Part shown: in pieces, positions 1-9,080 of the stretch
Layout of the letters: each line of letters opens with the position of its first letter
Numbering within the stretch: position 1 is the stretch's first letter
Source: an uncultured bacterium
Lineage (GTDB): Bacteria > Electryoneota > Electryoneia > Electryoneales > Electryoneaceae
NCBI GenBank assembly: GCA_964552465.1
Contig: CAZKGR010000014.1
Span: forward strand, 14,970-78,969
Reading direction: 5' to 3'
Length of the DNA: 64,000 nt
Program-made: the position numbers and the translations under genes
The notes under the pieces: model-generated
Told to the model about the DNA's origin: nothing
Databases searched by the model: none
What the model saw: only the letters and a program-made list of their open reading frames with translations

Positions 1-1
1 A

Positions 2-523
2 ATGAAGAAGTTGCTGGTGGAAATAAAGGCAAAGTGCATTGATCATGATCCGATTCGCGCAGAGTTGCAGGCGTTGAAAGCGCGGTTTGTCGGACTTGAT
101 CATCAGATTGATACCTATTTCAACGTGCCGGAGAACCGGCTGAAACTGCGTGAAGGCACGATTGAGAATAATCTCATCTACTATGATCGTCCGAACCAGG
201 CCGGGCCGAAACGCAGTGATGTTTTGCTGCACAAACCATCAGAGACTGAATCACTGAAAGCGATCCTGACCCGTGTGCACGGGATACTGATCGTGGTTGA
301 CAAGCAGCGCGAGATCTGGTTCGTTGATAACGTAAAAGTGCATCTCGATGAGGTTCGTGGTCTAGGACGTTTCGTCGAAATTGAAGCGATTGATACGGAT
401 GAAATCAGCACTGAGGATGCGCTTCGTCAACAATGCGAAAGTTTGATGCAGCGGTTTAACATTAAAGAGGATGATTTACTGACCTCGTCTTATAGCGACA
501 TGCTGCTCGCCAGCAGCAAATAA
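2..523 (+). CDS. CYTH-domain protein (class IV adenylyl cyclase CyaB / ThTPase-like); may be 5-prime partial at the window edge
   Basis: 173-aa ORF with an N-terminal VEIKAK (ExK) motif and a charged-residue pattern typical of the CYTH fold. Nothing upstream can be seen. Confidence 0.45.
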   Translation: MKKLLVEIKAKCIDHDPIRAELQALKARFVGLDHQIDTYFNVPENRLKLREGTIENNLIYYDRPNQAGPKRSDVLLHKPSETESLKAILTRVHGILIVVDKQREIWFVDNVKVHLDEVRGLGRFVEIEAIDTDEISTEDALRQQCESLMQRFNIKEDDLLTSSYSDMLLASSK

Positions 524-680
524 TCAAGCCGATTATCGACCATTTCAGTGCCCATGAGGGCGCCTCTACCCTTATGGATAGTGCTTGCGGGCAAGTCCTG
601 ACAGAAGTACATTTTATGTATGCCAAAATGACAGTCCATCCTCGGCAATCTCCCGGAATACACACGAAAATGAGGGTTTG

Positions 681-2693
681 ATGGGAAAGTCGTTTGAATT
701 AACCAGCACATATCAGCCGCGTGGTGATCAGGGAGACGCCATTGATGCACTGGTAAGAGCCTACCAAGCTGGCTCGGATTCGCAGTGCCTGCTGGGAATC
801 ACCGGGTCGGGAAAGACGTTCACCGTGGCCAATGTCATCCAGCAGCTCGGCAAACCCGCGTTGATCATGAGCCACAACAAAACCCTCGCAGCCCAGTTAT
901 ACGGCGAATTCCGTCAGTTCTTCCCGAACAATGCCGTCGAGTTCTTCGTCAGCTACTATGACTACTACATGCCTGAATCCTACATCCCGACCACCGACAC
1001 GTATGTCGAGAAAGAGACGGACGTGAATGCTGAGATCGACCGGCTCCGTCTTCGTGCGACATCGTCCCTGTTTGAACGGGAAGATGTGATCGTGGTCGCC
1101 AGCGTCAGCTCGATTTATGGCCTGGGCAATCCTGAAGACTACAAACGTATGTGCCTGTACCTCGAACCGGGGATGACGATCTCACGCGATGAGATTCTCA
1201 GCCGCCTGGTTGAGATACAGTACAACCGCACAAACGCTGACCTCGACTATGGTAATTTCCGAGCGCGTGGCGATACGGTCGAGATCATGCCGAAGTATGA
1301 GGATGAAGTCATCCGCATCGAGATGTGGGGCGATGAGATCGAGCGGATCAGCAAATTGCATCAGGTCACATTCGAGCTGCGCAGCGAGCTGAAGGGTGTT
1401 GCGATTTATCCAAACAGCCAGTATGTGGCGACGGTTCCGCGCATCGAGCAGGCGATGAAGACGATCCGTGTTGAGTTGGATGAAAACCTGGAACGTATGC
1501 GCAGCCAGGGGAAATTGCTCGAGGCGCAACGTCTGGAACAACGCACTCGCTTTGACCTCGAAATGCTTGGCGAAGTCGGGTTTTGCCAAGGAATTGAGAA
1601 CTATAGTCGTCATTTCACAGGCAAGAATGTAGGTGATCCGCCATTTACACTGTATGACTACTTCCCGGACGATTTTCTCGTGGTCATCGACGAATCTCAT
1701 GCCAGTGTGCCACAGATCGGAGCGATGTATCTGGGGGATCGTTCGCGGAAAGAGACACTGGTCGATTACGGCTTCCGGCTGCCGTCTGCATTGGACAACC
1801 GTCCGCTCAAGTTCCCGGAATGGGAGCAGCGCGCAAAACAGTTGCTGTTCGTCAGCGCCACACCGTCAAAATATGAATTGACGCGAACCGGTGGTGAAGT
1901 CGTCGAACAGATCATCCGTCCAACCGGTTTGCTCGATCCGCACATTGAGATTCGGCCCACCGAAGGGCAGGTGGACGATCTGATGGAGGAAGTGCGTTCA
2001 GCGGCGGAGCAGGGGGAACGGGTGCTCGTAACCACGTTGACCAAGCGTATGTCGGAGAACCTGACTGACTATCTGAGACGGCTGGACGTGCGTGTGCGTT
2101 ACCTGCACAGCGAGATTAACACGCTGGAGCGGACGGAAATCTTGCGTGACCTGCGTCTCGGCCAGTTCGATGTGCTGGTCGGGATTAACCTCTTGCGTGA
2201 GGGATTAGATCTGCCGGAAGTGGGATTGGTAGCCATTCTCGATGCTGACAAGGAAGGTTTCCTGCGTTCGGAAACGTCGTTAATGCAAACATCTGGACGT
2301 GCAGCGCGTAACGCGGCTGGACGTGTCATCTTTTACGCCGACTCGATTACCAAGAGCATGCAGAAGGTGATTGACGAGACGAACCGTCGTCGTGAGTTGC
2401 AGCACAAGTACAACGAAGAACACGGCATCGAGCCGAAAACGATCCGCAAAACGGTGGACGAAATCCTCGCCCAGACTCGCGCTGCCCATGAGCGTAAGAC
2501 TGAAGAGGTTGAGATTCCGGGCAGTGATGGTGTAGAGCTTACCGAAGAAGAGAAGGATGCTTTGATTGCTCGCATGGAAGAGCAGATGTTTAAGGCGGCT
2601 GACGCAATGGAATTTGAAAAGGCTGCGGTTTTACGCGATCAGATTGACAGGTTGAAGGGCAATAATGTTCCGCAGGAGTTTCAGAAAAGATAG
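681..2693 (+). CDS. uvrB: excinuclease ABC subunit B
   Basis: The ORF 585..2693 contains MGKSFELTSTYQPRGDQ (canonical UvrB N-terminus), GITGSGKTFT Walker A, helicase motifs and the C-terminal UvrB/UvrC-interaction motif (EFEKAAVLRDQI). Start placed at the ATG at 681. Confidence 0.93.
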   Translation: MGKSFELTSTYQPRGDQGDAIDALVRAYQAGSDSQCLLGITGSGKTFTVANVIQQLGKPALIMSHNKTLAAQLYGEFRQFFPNNAVEFFVSYYDYYMPESYIPTTDTYVEKETDVNAEIDRLRLRATSSLFEREDVIVVASVSSIYGLGNPEDYKRMCLYLEPGMTISRDEILSRLVEIQYNRTNADLDYGNFRARGDTVEIMPKYEDEVIRIEMWGDEIERISKLHQVTFELRSELKGVAIYPNSQYVATVPRIEQAMKTIRVELDENLERMRSQGKLLEAQRLEQRTRFDLEMLGEVGFCQGIENYSRHFTGKNVGDPPFTLYDYFPDDFLVVIDESHASVPQIGAMYLGDRSRKETLVDYGFRLPSALDNRPLKFPEWEQRAKQLLFVSATPSKYELTRTGGEVVEQIIRPTGLLDPHIEIRPTEGQVDDLMEEVRSAAEQGERVLVTTLTKRMSENLTDYLRRLDVRVRYLHSEINTLERTEILRDLRLGQFDVLVGINLLREGLDLPEVGLVAILDADKEGFLRSETSLMQTSGRAARNAAGRVIFYADSITKSMQKVIDETNRRRELQHKYNEEHGIEPKTIRKTVDEILAQTRAAHERKTEEVEIPGSDGVELTEEEKDALIARMEEQMFKAADAMEFEKAAVLRDQIDRLKGNNVPQEFQKR

Positions 2694-2730
2694 TTGCGAG
2701 TGATGAGTTGTGAGTTATGAGTGAAGAAAA
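2694..2730. repeat. left arm of an inverted repeat flanking the four-helix-bundle gene (GAGTGATGAGTTGTGAGTTATGAGTGAAG)
   Basis: Shares a 13-nt core ATGAGTTGTGAGT with the reverse complement of 3139..3170, plus imperfect GAGT-rich flanks. Confidence 0.5.
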
Positions 2731-2756
2731 CACGTTCTTTAATCACTGAGGGTAGG

Positions 2757-3110
2757 ATGCGCGATCATAGAACTTACAAAGCATTTCAACTTGCTGATGA
2801 CCTTTGTGTTGCGATCTATGCTGCTACCCGAGATTTTCCAAGAGAAGAAATATACGGATTGACTTCTCAATTACGTCGAGCTGCTGTTTCAGTTGTGTCA
2901 AATTTCGTTGAGGGTTGTGGACGAAACACAGATTCGGATTTTTTGCGTTTCTGTGACATATCATTTGGCTCATTAAGAGAGGTAGAATATCAAATCTCAC
3001 TGGCCAAACGGCTTGGGTATTTGACTGATCCCCTTCTATCAACAATCGAAATGAAATCCGATGAAACAATAAAGGTTCTGCGCGGACTTATACTTTCCAT
3101 GCGAGCCTGA
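2757..3110 (+). CDS. four-helix-bundle protein (23S rRNA intervening-sequence protein family, TIGR02436-like)
   Basis: About 117 aa from MRDHRTYKAF. The conserved LRRAAVSVVSNFVEG and LREVEYQISLAKRLGYL blocks are typical of this family. Sits between uvrB and purD. Confidence 0.7.
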   Translation: MRDHRTYKAFQLADDLCVAIYAATRDFPREEIYGLTSQLRRAAVSVVSNFVEGCGRNTDSDFLRFCDISFGSLREVEYQISLAKRLGYLTDPLLSTIEMKSDETIKVLRGLILSMRA

Positions 3111-3138
3111 TGAACGATAGGGTTGTTTGTGTTGTGTT

Positions 3139-3170
3139 ACTCACTACTCATCACTCACAACTCATAACTG
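3139..3170. repeat. right arm of the inverted repeat flanking the four-helix-bundle gene (ACTCACTACTCATCACTCACAACTCATAACTG)
   Basis: Its reverse complement contains ATGAGTTGTGAGT, identical to the core of 2694..2730. It could pair with the left arm across the gene. Confidence 0.5.
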
Positions 3171-3178
3171 GAGTTTAC

Positions 3179-4468
3179 ATGAAAGTCCTTGTCATCGGTA
3201 GTGGTGGACGCGAGCACGCATTGGCGTGGCGAATCCGCAAAAGTTCTCATGTAACCTGGGTTGGATGCGCACCAGGTAATGGTGGCACGGTGTCGGTCGC
3301 CGAAAACGTGGATTTGGATGCTTCGAATCCTGAAGCTGTGATCAAATACGTGACTGAAAATGAGATCGGATTGACGGTCATCGGTCCGGAAGCGCCTTTG
3401 GCGGATGGAATCGTGGATGCTTTCCCGAAGGACGGTCAACATTTTGTTTTTGGCCCGTCGAAGGCCGCGGCTCGGCTGGAATCGTCCAAACGCTGGTCAA
3501 AGGAAGTGATGGCCTCCGCCGGTGTGCCAACAGCGGGCTGGCGTGGCTTTTCAAATGCTGAGGATGCGCTCACATATGTGAGTAACCGTCCCGGCGGATC
3601 GGTGGTGAAAGCGTCTGGTCTGGCGGCGGGGAAGGGTGTCTACGTCTGCGGAACTCCAGCGGAAGCGGAAGCTGCGGTCAAGTCGATCATGGTTGATGGC
3701 GCACACGGCGCATCGGGAAACGAGATCATCGTCGAGGAATTGTTAGAGGGAACCGAGGCGAGTCTTCTGGCGATCTGTGATGGCAAGGATTTTCTAGTCC
3801 TCGTACCAGCGCGCGATCACAAGCGTGTCGGCGAAGGTGACACCGGTCCGAATACGGGCGGTATGGGCGCTATTGCACCGAATCCGGCGATGACGGATGA
3901 ACTGGTTAAGCACTGCTGTGACACCATATTTCAGCCGATGCTAGACGCGTTGAACGCGGACGGAACTCCATACAAAGGCGTGCTTTACGCTGGTGTAATG
4001 CTGACCGATGATGGTCCGAAGGTTTTGGAGTTCAACGTACGCTTCGGCGATCCGGAAACGCAGGTCGTACTGCCATTGATGAACGTTGATCTGGTCGATA
4101 TGATGCTGCTCGCGGCTAACGAACGACTCGGCGAATTCATGCAGAAGATCGGGCTCGAAAGCCACCAGTGGCAGCGGCTTCACAAACCGGATCATTGTGC
4201 ATCCGTTGTCCTTGCATCTGACGGCTATCCCGGATCATACGAGAAAGGTAAGCCCATCAGCGGGCTGCCAGATGACACTGACGAACTGGTCGTCTTTCAC
4301 GCAGGTACAACCCGTGTTGATAGCGGTGTTGTGACTAGTGGCGGACGTGTACTGAACGTGACCGGTCTTGCGGGAACGCTGGATGAAGCGTTAACGCGTG
4401 CATATGCCGGCTGCGACCAGATCCAGTTCGTGGGCAAGATGCTTCGTCGTGATATAGGCAAGGTATAA
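3179..4468 (+). CDS. purD: phosphoribosylamine--glycine ligase
   Basis: MKVLVIGSGGREHALAWRI N-terminus, ATP-grasp body, GGRVLNVT C-terminal motif. GGAG about 8 nt upstream of the ATG at 3179. Confidence 0.92.
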   Translation: MKVLVIGSGGREHALAWRIRKSSHVTWVGCAPGNGGTVSVAENVDLDASNPEAVIKYVTENEIGLTVIGPEAPLADGIVDAFPKDGQHFVFGPSKAAARLESSKRWSKEVMASAGVPTAGWRGFSNAEDALTYVSNRPGGSVVKASGLAAGKGVYVCGTPAEAEAAVKSIMVDGAHGASGNEIIVEELLEGTEASLLAICDGKDFLVLVPARDHKRVGEGDTGPNTGGMGAIAPNPAMTDELVKHCCDTIFQPMLDALNADGTPYKGVLYAGVMLTDDGPKVLEFNVRFGDPETQVVLPLMNVDLVDMMLLAANERLGEFMQKIGLESHQWQRLHKPDHCASVVLASDGYPGSYEKGKPISGLPDDTDELVVFHAGTTRVDSGVVTSGGRVLNVTGLAGTLDEALTRAYAGCDQIQFVGKMLRRDIGKV

Positions 4469-4521
4469 GAGGTGACAGGCCCGTGTTTGCTTGCAAACGC
4501 AGATGAACAGGTCAGAAGTTT

Positions 4522-5256
4522 ATGACAAGAGTCCGTTTTCTAGGAACCAGTGCGGGCAATCCGCATCCTGAGCGGTTAACAAGTTCGATCCTGATTGAGG
4601 GGCCGAAGGGTGCGCTATTGCTGGACGCGGGAGAAGGTTGTTCGCATCGGATAGCCCAACCAGCGGAGTGGGCGCAGGAGGTGCGGTCGATCCTGATCAC
4701 GCACCGTCATACCGACCATCTGGCCGGTTTGCCGATGCTGCTCAGTGGCTACAAGGGAGCAAAACGCACGAACCCGTTGGAAATTCATGTCCACCGTGAC
4801 CTGATGAAACCACTTCGCGAGTGGATTGAAACGTTGAAACTCGGGGATGAGCACCAGAAATGTGATATCGGCTGGGTTGATCTCGAACAGGGCAGTTTTA
4901 CACCAGCTAGCGGACATGACGGTTTCATCTGGCAGAACGATCATCTGTCACCTTTGGATACGGGCGGATGTCACAGCCTGGCGTTGAATCTCGATGGAGA
5001 TCGTTGGGTGTTCAGCGGCGATCTGGAAAAGTTCAGCGTGGTAGAGCGATATTTGGACGAAACGCGTGTTCTGGTGCTTGAATCGTGTCACGTTGACGTG
5101 GAAAATGCAGTAAAAGCAGCGTTGAAAAAAGGCGTGGAACGAGTAATTCTGACCCACGTTGCGGCTGATTTGGAACCGTGGTCGATCAATGGCGCGGTCT
5201 GGGCGCATGACAACTGGGTTGTTGATACGAAGAGCTTCCCAAGAGAAGGTGAGTGA
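4522..5256 (+). CDS. MBL-fold metallo-hydrolase (RNase Z/ElaC-like superfamily)
   Basis: HRHTDH metal-binding motif (ILITHRHTDHLAGL) plus later His/Asp motifs. 244 aa. Confidence 0.7.
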   Translation: MTRVRFLGTSAGNPHPERLTSSILIEGPKGALLLDAGEGCSHRIAQPAEWAQEVRSILITHRHTDHLAGLPMLLSGYKGAKRTNPLEIHVHRDLMKPLREWIETLKLGDEHQKCDIGWVDLEQGSFTPASGHDGFIWQNDHLSPLDTGGCHSLALNLDGDRWVFSGDLEKFSVVERYLDETRVLVLESCHVDVENAVKAALKKGVERVILTHVAADLEPWSINGAVWAHDNWVVDTKSFPREGE

Positions 5257-5258
5257 GG

Positions 5259-6392
5259 ATGGCTCAACAGACAGATACATTGGCAGTACGTGACCGACTG
5301 ATCGGTGTTAGCGATGCGATCGGCGAGATCCGTCAGCTTGCTCGCCGTGTCGCGGGCACGAAGATCTCTGTGTTGATCACGGGTGAGAGTGGGACAGGGA
5401 AAGACGTCGTCGCACGTCTGATCCATGACCTCTCACCTCGTCGCGAAGAGCCGTTTGTTCCGGTGAACTGCGGAGCGATCCCGGAGACGTTGTTCGAAAG
5501 CGAAATGTTCGGGCATGAACGGGGATCATTCACAGGGGCCGAGAAACAACGCAAGGGTTACTTCGAGCAGGCGGATCACGGCACTTTGTTCCTTGATGAA
5601 ATCGGCGAGATGCCGCTCGAAATGCAGGCTAAGATTCTGCGTGCGCTTGAGACAGGGACATATTTCCGGGTTGGTGGGAGCAAGGCCGTAAAGACGGATG
5701 TCCGCATGCTTGCAGCAACCAACCGTGATCTGCGTCTGGCGGTGGAGAAGGGTGAGTTTCGCGAGGATCTTTATTATCGGATTCGCGCCGTGGAGATGCA
5801 TTTGCCGCCACTGCGGGATCGTGTTGAAGATATTCCGGCCCTGGTCGATCGTTTTGCGGATGAATTCTTCCGTGAGAACAAGATCGACCGCCAGCGTATT
5901 CTGCCACGTGCGATGCGTGTCATCGAAAATCACGATTGGCAGGGGAATGTGCGTGAGCTGAAGCATTTCATTGGAACGTTACTTACTTTGGAATACGACG
6001 GTCCTGTCGATGAGGAAGCCGTTCGGCGTCATTTACCACAGCCAGCCTTCTCGCCAAAAAACCTCCCGGTCCTCGCAACTCCGGAGCGCGGGTCGTTGGA
6101 TGCTGACCTGATTTTGCAGCAACTTCTGGATCTGCGCAGAGACGTTGGACAAATTCGCGACATGCTCGCTCAAATGGTGATGCTGGGCAGACTGCCGGGT
6201 CAGCTTCCGGAGAGTATCGCTTATCATTCTGTTGATGAGGAAGCTGCTACGCGCCCGACATTGGACGAAATTGAGCGTGAACAGATCTTGCTGGTGTTGG
6301 ATGAGAACAACGGCAACCGTCGCAAGGCAGCGAAAGCGCTTGGTATTGGTGAACGAACTTTGTATCGGAAGATTAAGGAGTACGGGCTGTGA
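5259..6392 (+). CDS. sigma-54-dependent transcriptional activator consisting of the AAA+ and HTH domains only (PspF-like; no receiver or sensor domain)
   Basis: Walker A GESGTGKD; GAFTGA-type loop ERGSFTGA; Walker B LFLDEIGEM; arginine finger region; C-terminal Fis-type HTH RKAAKALGIGERTLYRKIK. The AAA+ domain begins about 15 aa from the N-terminus. Confidence 0.8.
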   Translation: MAQQTDTLAVRDRLIGVSDAIGEIRQLARRVAGTKISVLITGESGTGKDVVARLIHDLSPRREEPFVPVNCGAIPETLFESEMFGHERGSFTGAEKQRKGYFEQADHGTLFLDEIGEMPLEMQAKILRALETGTYFRVGGSKAVKTDVRMLAATNRDLRLAVEKGEFREDLYYRIRAVEMHLPPLRDRVEDIPALVDRFADEFFRENKIDRQRILPRAMRVIENHDWQGNVRELKHFIGTLLTLEYDGPVDEEAVRRHLPQPAFSPKNLPVLATPERGSLDADLILQQLLDLRRDVGQIRDMLAQMVMLGRLPGQLPESIAYHSVDEEAATRPTLDEIEREQILLVLDENNGNRRKAAKALGIGERTLYRKIKEYGL

Positions 6393-6895
6393 GCCGATGG
6401 AAAGATATTAGCCGTGCAACGGTAATCCTGACGCTGCTGATAGTGATCGCAGGGTGTGGTGTCTACACTTTCAGTGGTGCGGTTCCTGGTCACCTCAAGT
6501 CCATTGCCATCCCGCCATTTGAAAATCAAACGGCTGAATTTGGTCTGGCGGAAGATCTGTCAGCCGCGTTGATCGATGAGTTCATTGATGACAATTCATT
6601 CAAGGTGCTCGAGCTTCGTCAGGCGGACTCGGCGATTCATGGGACGATTATCCGAGTGACAGACGCACCAAATACGTTCACATCGGGTGAAACCGTGCAG
6701 GAATACAAGGTCACAATTACCGCACGGGTACGTTATGAAGACCTGGTTAAGGGCAAAGTAATCTGGGATGAAACTCTGACAGCATTTGGCACATTTCCCG
6801 CTGGTGGTGGCTTGGCGGAACGAGCTGATGGTCTGGAAGAAGCCATGGATAAGTTAACTGAAGATATTCTGAACAAAACGGTGTCGGGATGGTAA
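6389..6895 (+). CDS. small lipoprotein, LptE-like (LPS assembly) candidate
   Basis: GTG start overlapping the upstream stop, AAGGAG 8 nt upstream. Signal peptide plus lipobox (IAGCG); about 170 aa, a size and composition compatible with LptE-family lipoproteins. The call rests on context and weak similarity. Confidence 0.35.
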   Translation: MSRWKDISRATVILTLLIVIAGCGVYTFSGAVPGHLKSIAIPPFENQTAEFGLAEDLSAALIDEFIDDNSFKVLELRQADSAIHGTIIRVTDAPNTFTSGETVQEYKVTITARVRYEDLVKGKVIWDETLTAFGTFPAGGGLAERADGLEEAMDKLTEDILNKTVSGW

Positions 6896-7998
6896 TCGCT
6901 CAGGTCAAGGAAGGCGAAGCCCCTCCAAAAGTTGTGATGGACATAGTCCGCCGTTTGGAAGCAGGCGAGGTTTTGCTGCTTCCAACAGATACGGTGTATG
7001 GGTTGCATGCTCTGGCTCGCAACGCGGCTGCCATTGAACGAATCCGACGTATCAAGCAATTGGACGACAAGCGGCCGTTCGTCAACCTCTATTCGAACGC
7101 AGTTGGGTTGGCTCGGTTTGTCCGTTTGCCCGAGGGTAGTGCGAAGCGCCGAATTCTCGACAGTTGGCCGGGTTCGATCACTTGGGTGTTGCCTGCGGCT
7201 GAGGGTATTTCGTCGCATATGATGGGTGAAGACAATACGGTGGGGATCCGTATCCCCGATAATCAGTTGATCAGGTCGATATGTTCGGCGATGGATGATC
7301 TGATCGTTTCCACCTCGGCGAATCGGCATGGCAAGCCGCCCGCCGCACTCCGCAACGAGCTCGATCCTGAGTTGGTCGCGGAGGTAGACGGAGTTGTTTA
7401 TCAGATCGAACCGCTACCCGGTAAACCTTCTGAAGTAAAGCGTTGGACTCCTGCAGGTCCGGAAATCATACGTTCTCGTGAAGGCAGTTCAGCCACCGCT
7501 CATCGCACCAAGATCTTGATGGTTTGCTCGGGTAATATCTGTCGCTCTCCGATGGCTGAAGCGATGCTTCGCGAGAAGTTGAGTCAAGCGGGTGGTGAGA
7601 ACTTCGTGATCCGCAGCGCCGGTACAATGGCTATTGTGGACCATCCACCACAGCTCCGTGCGCTTCAGGCGATGGAGAAGCGCGGCATTGACATTCGCAA
7701 CCACCGCAGTCGGCCACTGAGTCACGAACTGGTTGACTGGGCGGATATTGTGCTGGTAATGACGTCTGATCATCTGGCTGACATGCATGATAGATTCCCG
7801 GAATCAACGCAAAAGTTTTTCCTGCTGACGGCGTATCCGGAGATGGATCTTGAGGGTCAGTTTGGAGTTGAAGATCCATACGGATTCGGACTCGATGTTT
7901 ATGATCGTGTCGCTGGCGTTATTGAGCAGGAATTGGATCGGATAGTCAAATTTCTGATGATTCCTCCAACTTCCGGAAACGAGCCCGAGGGGGCTTAG
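6889..7998 (+). CDS. fusion protein: YrdC/Sua5-family L-threonylcarbamoyladenylate synthase domain + low-molecular-weight protein (Tyr/Arg) phosphatase domain
   Basis: N-terminal LLLPTDTVYGLHALA and PFVNLYS motifs of YrdC/YwlC. C-terminal KILMVCSGNICRSPMAEAM with the CX5R P-loop of the LMW-PTP family, and a DP motif near the end. Confidence 0.75.
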   Translation: MVIAQVKEGEAPPKVVMDIVRRLEAGEVLLLPTDTVYGLHALARNAAAIERIRRIKQLDDKRPFVNLYSNAVGLARFVRLPEGSAKRRILDSWPGSITWVLPAAEGISSHMMGEDNTVGIRIPDNQLIRSICSAMDDLIVSTSANRHGKPPAALRNELDPELVAEVDGVVYQIEPLPGKPSEVKRWTPAGPEIIRSREGSSATAHRTKILMVCSGNICRSPMAEAMLREKLSQAGGENFVIRSAGTMAIVDHPPQLRALQAMEKRGIDIRNHRSRPLSHELVDWADIVLVMTSDHLADMHDRFPESTQKFFLLTAYPEMDLEGQFGVEDPYGFGLDVYDRVAGVIEQELDRIVKFLMIPPTSGNEPEGA

Positions 7999-9051
7999 TT
8001 GAAGACATACGACAGGATTTTGATTTTACAGACCGCCTTCCTCGGAGATGTTGTTCTCACATTACCGCTGGTCGAGGCGGTTCACTCTCTGTGGCCGAAG
8101 GCTGAGATTGATTTCGTTGTCAAGTCGTCCTATGTCGATTTCCTCAGTGAACATAAGCGTCTCACCCGTGCAATTCCGTTTGACAAACGTGGGCAGCAGG
8201 GAGGGATGAAGGGCCTGATCACGTTGGCAACGTCGTTGCGCACACGAAAATACGAGCTCGCCTTGATCCCACACCGCTCGTTTCGGAGTGGTCTGCTATC
8301 AAAAGCTGCGGGAATTCCAGAACGGATCGGTTTCAAACGTGTGGCCGGATCGATGTGGTACACTACGACTGTAACGCGTGATCTTGAATTACACGAAAGT
8401 AGTCGGAATCTGGCTTTGCTCAAACCATTTATCGACGGGGAAGACGTGGATTGGGACGTTCGCCCCAATCTCGATCTCGACGGAACGAACGCAGTCGTTG
8501 AGGTAGAAGAATGGATGGACATGGTTGGTTTTCCGCGTGGGAAACGAATAGTCGCGTTGGCACCGGGAAGTGTTTGGGCAACGAAACGTTGGCCAAAATC
8601 ACATTGGTCCGACTTGTTAGCCAAGTTGGTGGCAGATTCAACGGTGGTTCCTGTTCTGATAGGTGGTCCTGAAGACCGTGAACTGTGCCTGAATGCTCGC
8701 GATGTGTTTAGCGGCAGCACCTACGTATCTGCCGGCGACCTTTCGGTGCAGGGAAGTGCAGCGTTGATTGATCGTGCAGAGTTGTTGGTAACGGGTGACA
8801 CTGCTCCATTACACCTGGCACAAGCGGTCCGTACTCCAACCCTGGCAATCTTTGGCCCGACAGTTCCCGAATTTGGTTTTGCCCCTACGGGTGAAATTGA
8901 CCGCATTGTCGGTATGGAGCTTGACTGCCGCCCTTGCGCAATTCACGGTAGTCACAAATGCCCGCTCGGACATCATGATTGTATGAGATTGTTAGGTGCG
9001 GATCGTGTATTTGCAGTGGTTCAAGAAATGCTGTCCGAATCTGAATCATAG
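7999..9051 (+). CDS. glycosyltransferase family 9 (LPS heptosyltransferase-like)
   Basis: ILILQTAFLGDVVLTLPL N-terminus and the C-terminal GDTAPLHLAQAV motif typical of RfaF/WaaC-type GT9 enzymes. TTG start directly after the upstream stop. Confidence 0.75.
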   Translation: MKTYDRILILQTAFLGDVVLTLPLVEAVHSLWPKAEIDFVVKSSYVDFLSEHKRLTRAIPFDKRGQQGGMKGLITLATSLRTRKYELALIPHRSFRSGLLSKAAGIPERIGFKRVAGSMWYTTTVTRDLELHESSRNLALLKPFIDGEDVDWDVRPNLDLDGTNAVVEVEEWMDMVGFPRGKRIVALAPGSVWATKRWPKSHWSDLLAKLVADSTVVPVLIGGPEDRELCLNARDVFSGSTYVSAGDLSVQGSAALIDRAELLVTGDTAPLHLAQAVRTPTLAIFGPTVPEFGFAPTGEIDRIVGMELDCRPCAIHGSHKCPLGHHDCMRLLGADRVFAVVQEMLSESES

Positions 9052-9080
9052 GCTCATACATCGCTTCCTGATTTGAATAG

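Noticed and set aside
1182-1700. 172-aa minus-strand ORF inside uvrB, and similar antisense ORFs inside purD, M16 peptidase, GH13 and AacS
   Set aside because: They are fully contained in high-confidence genes on the opposite strand.
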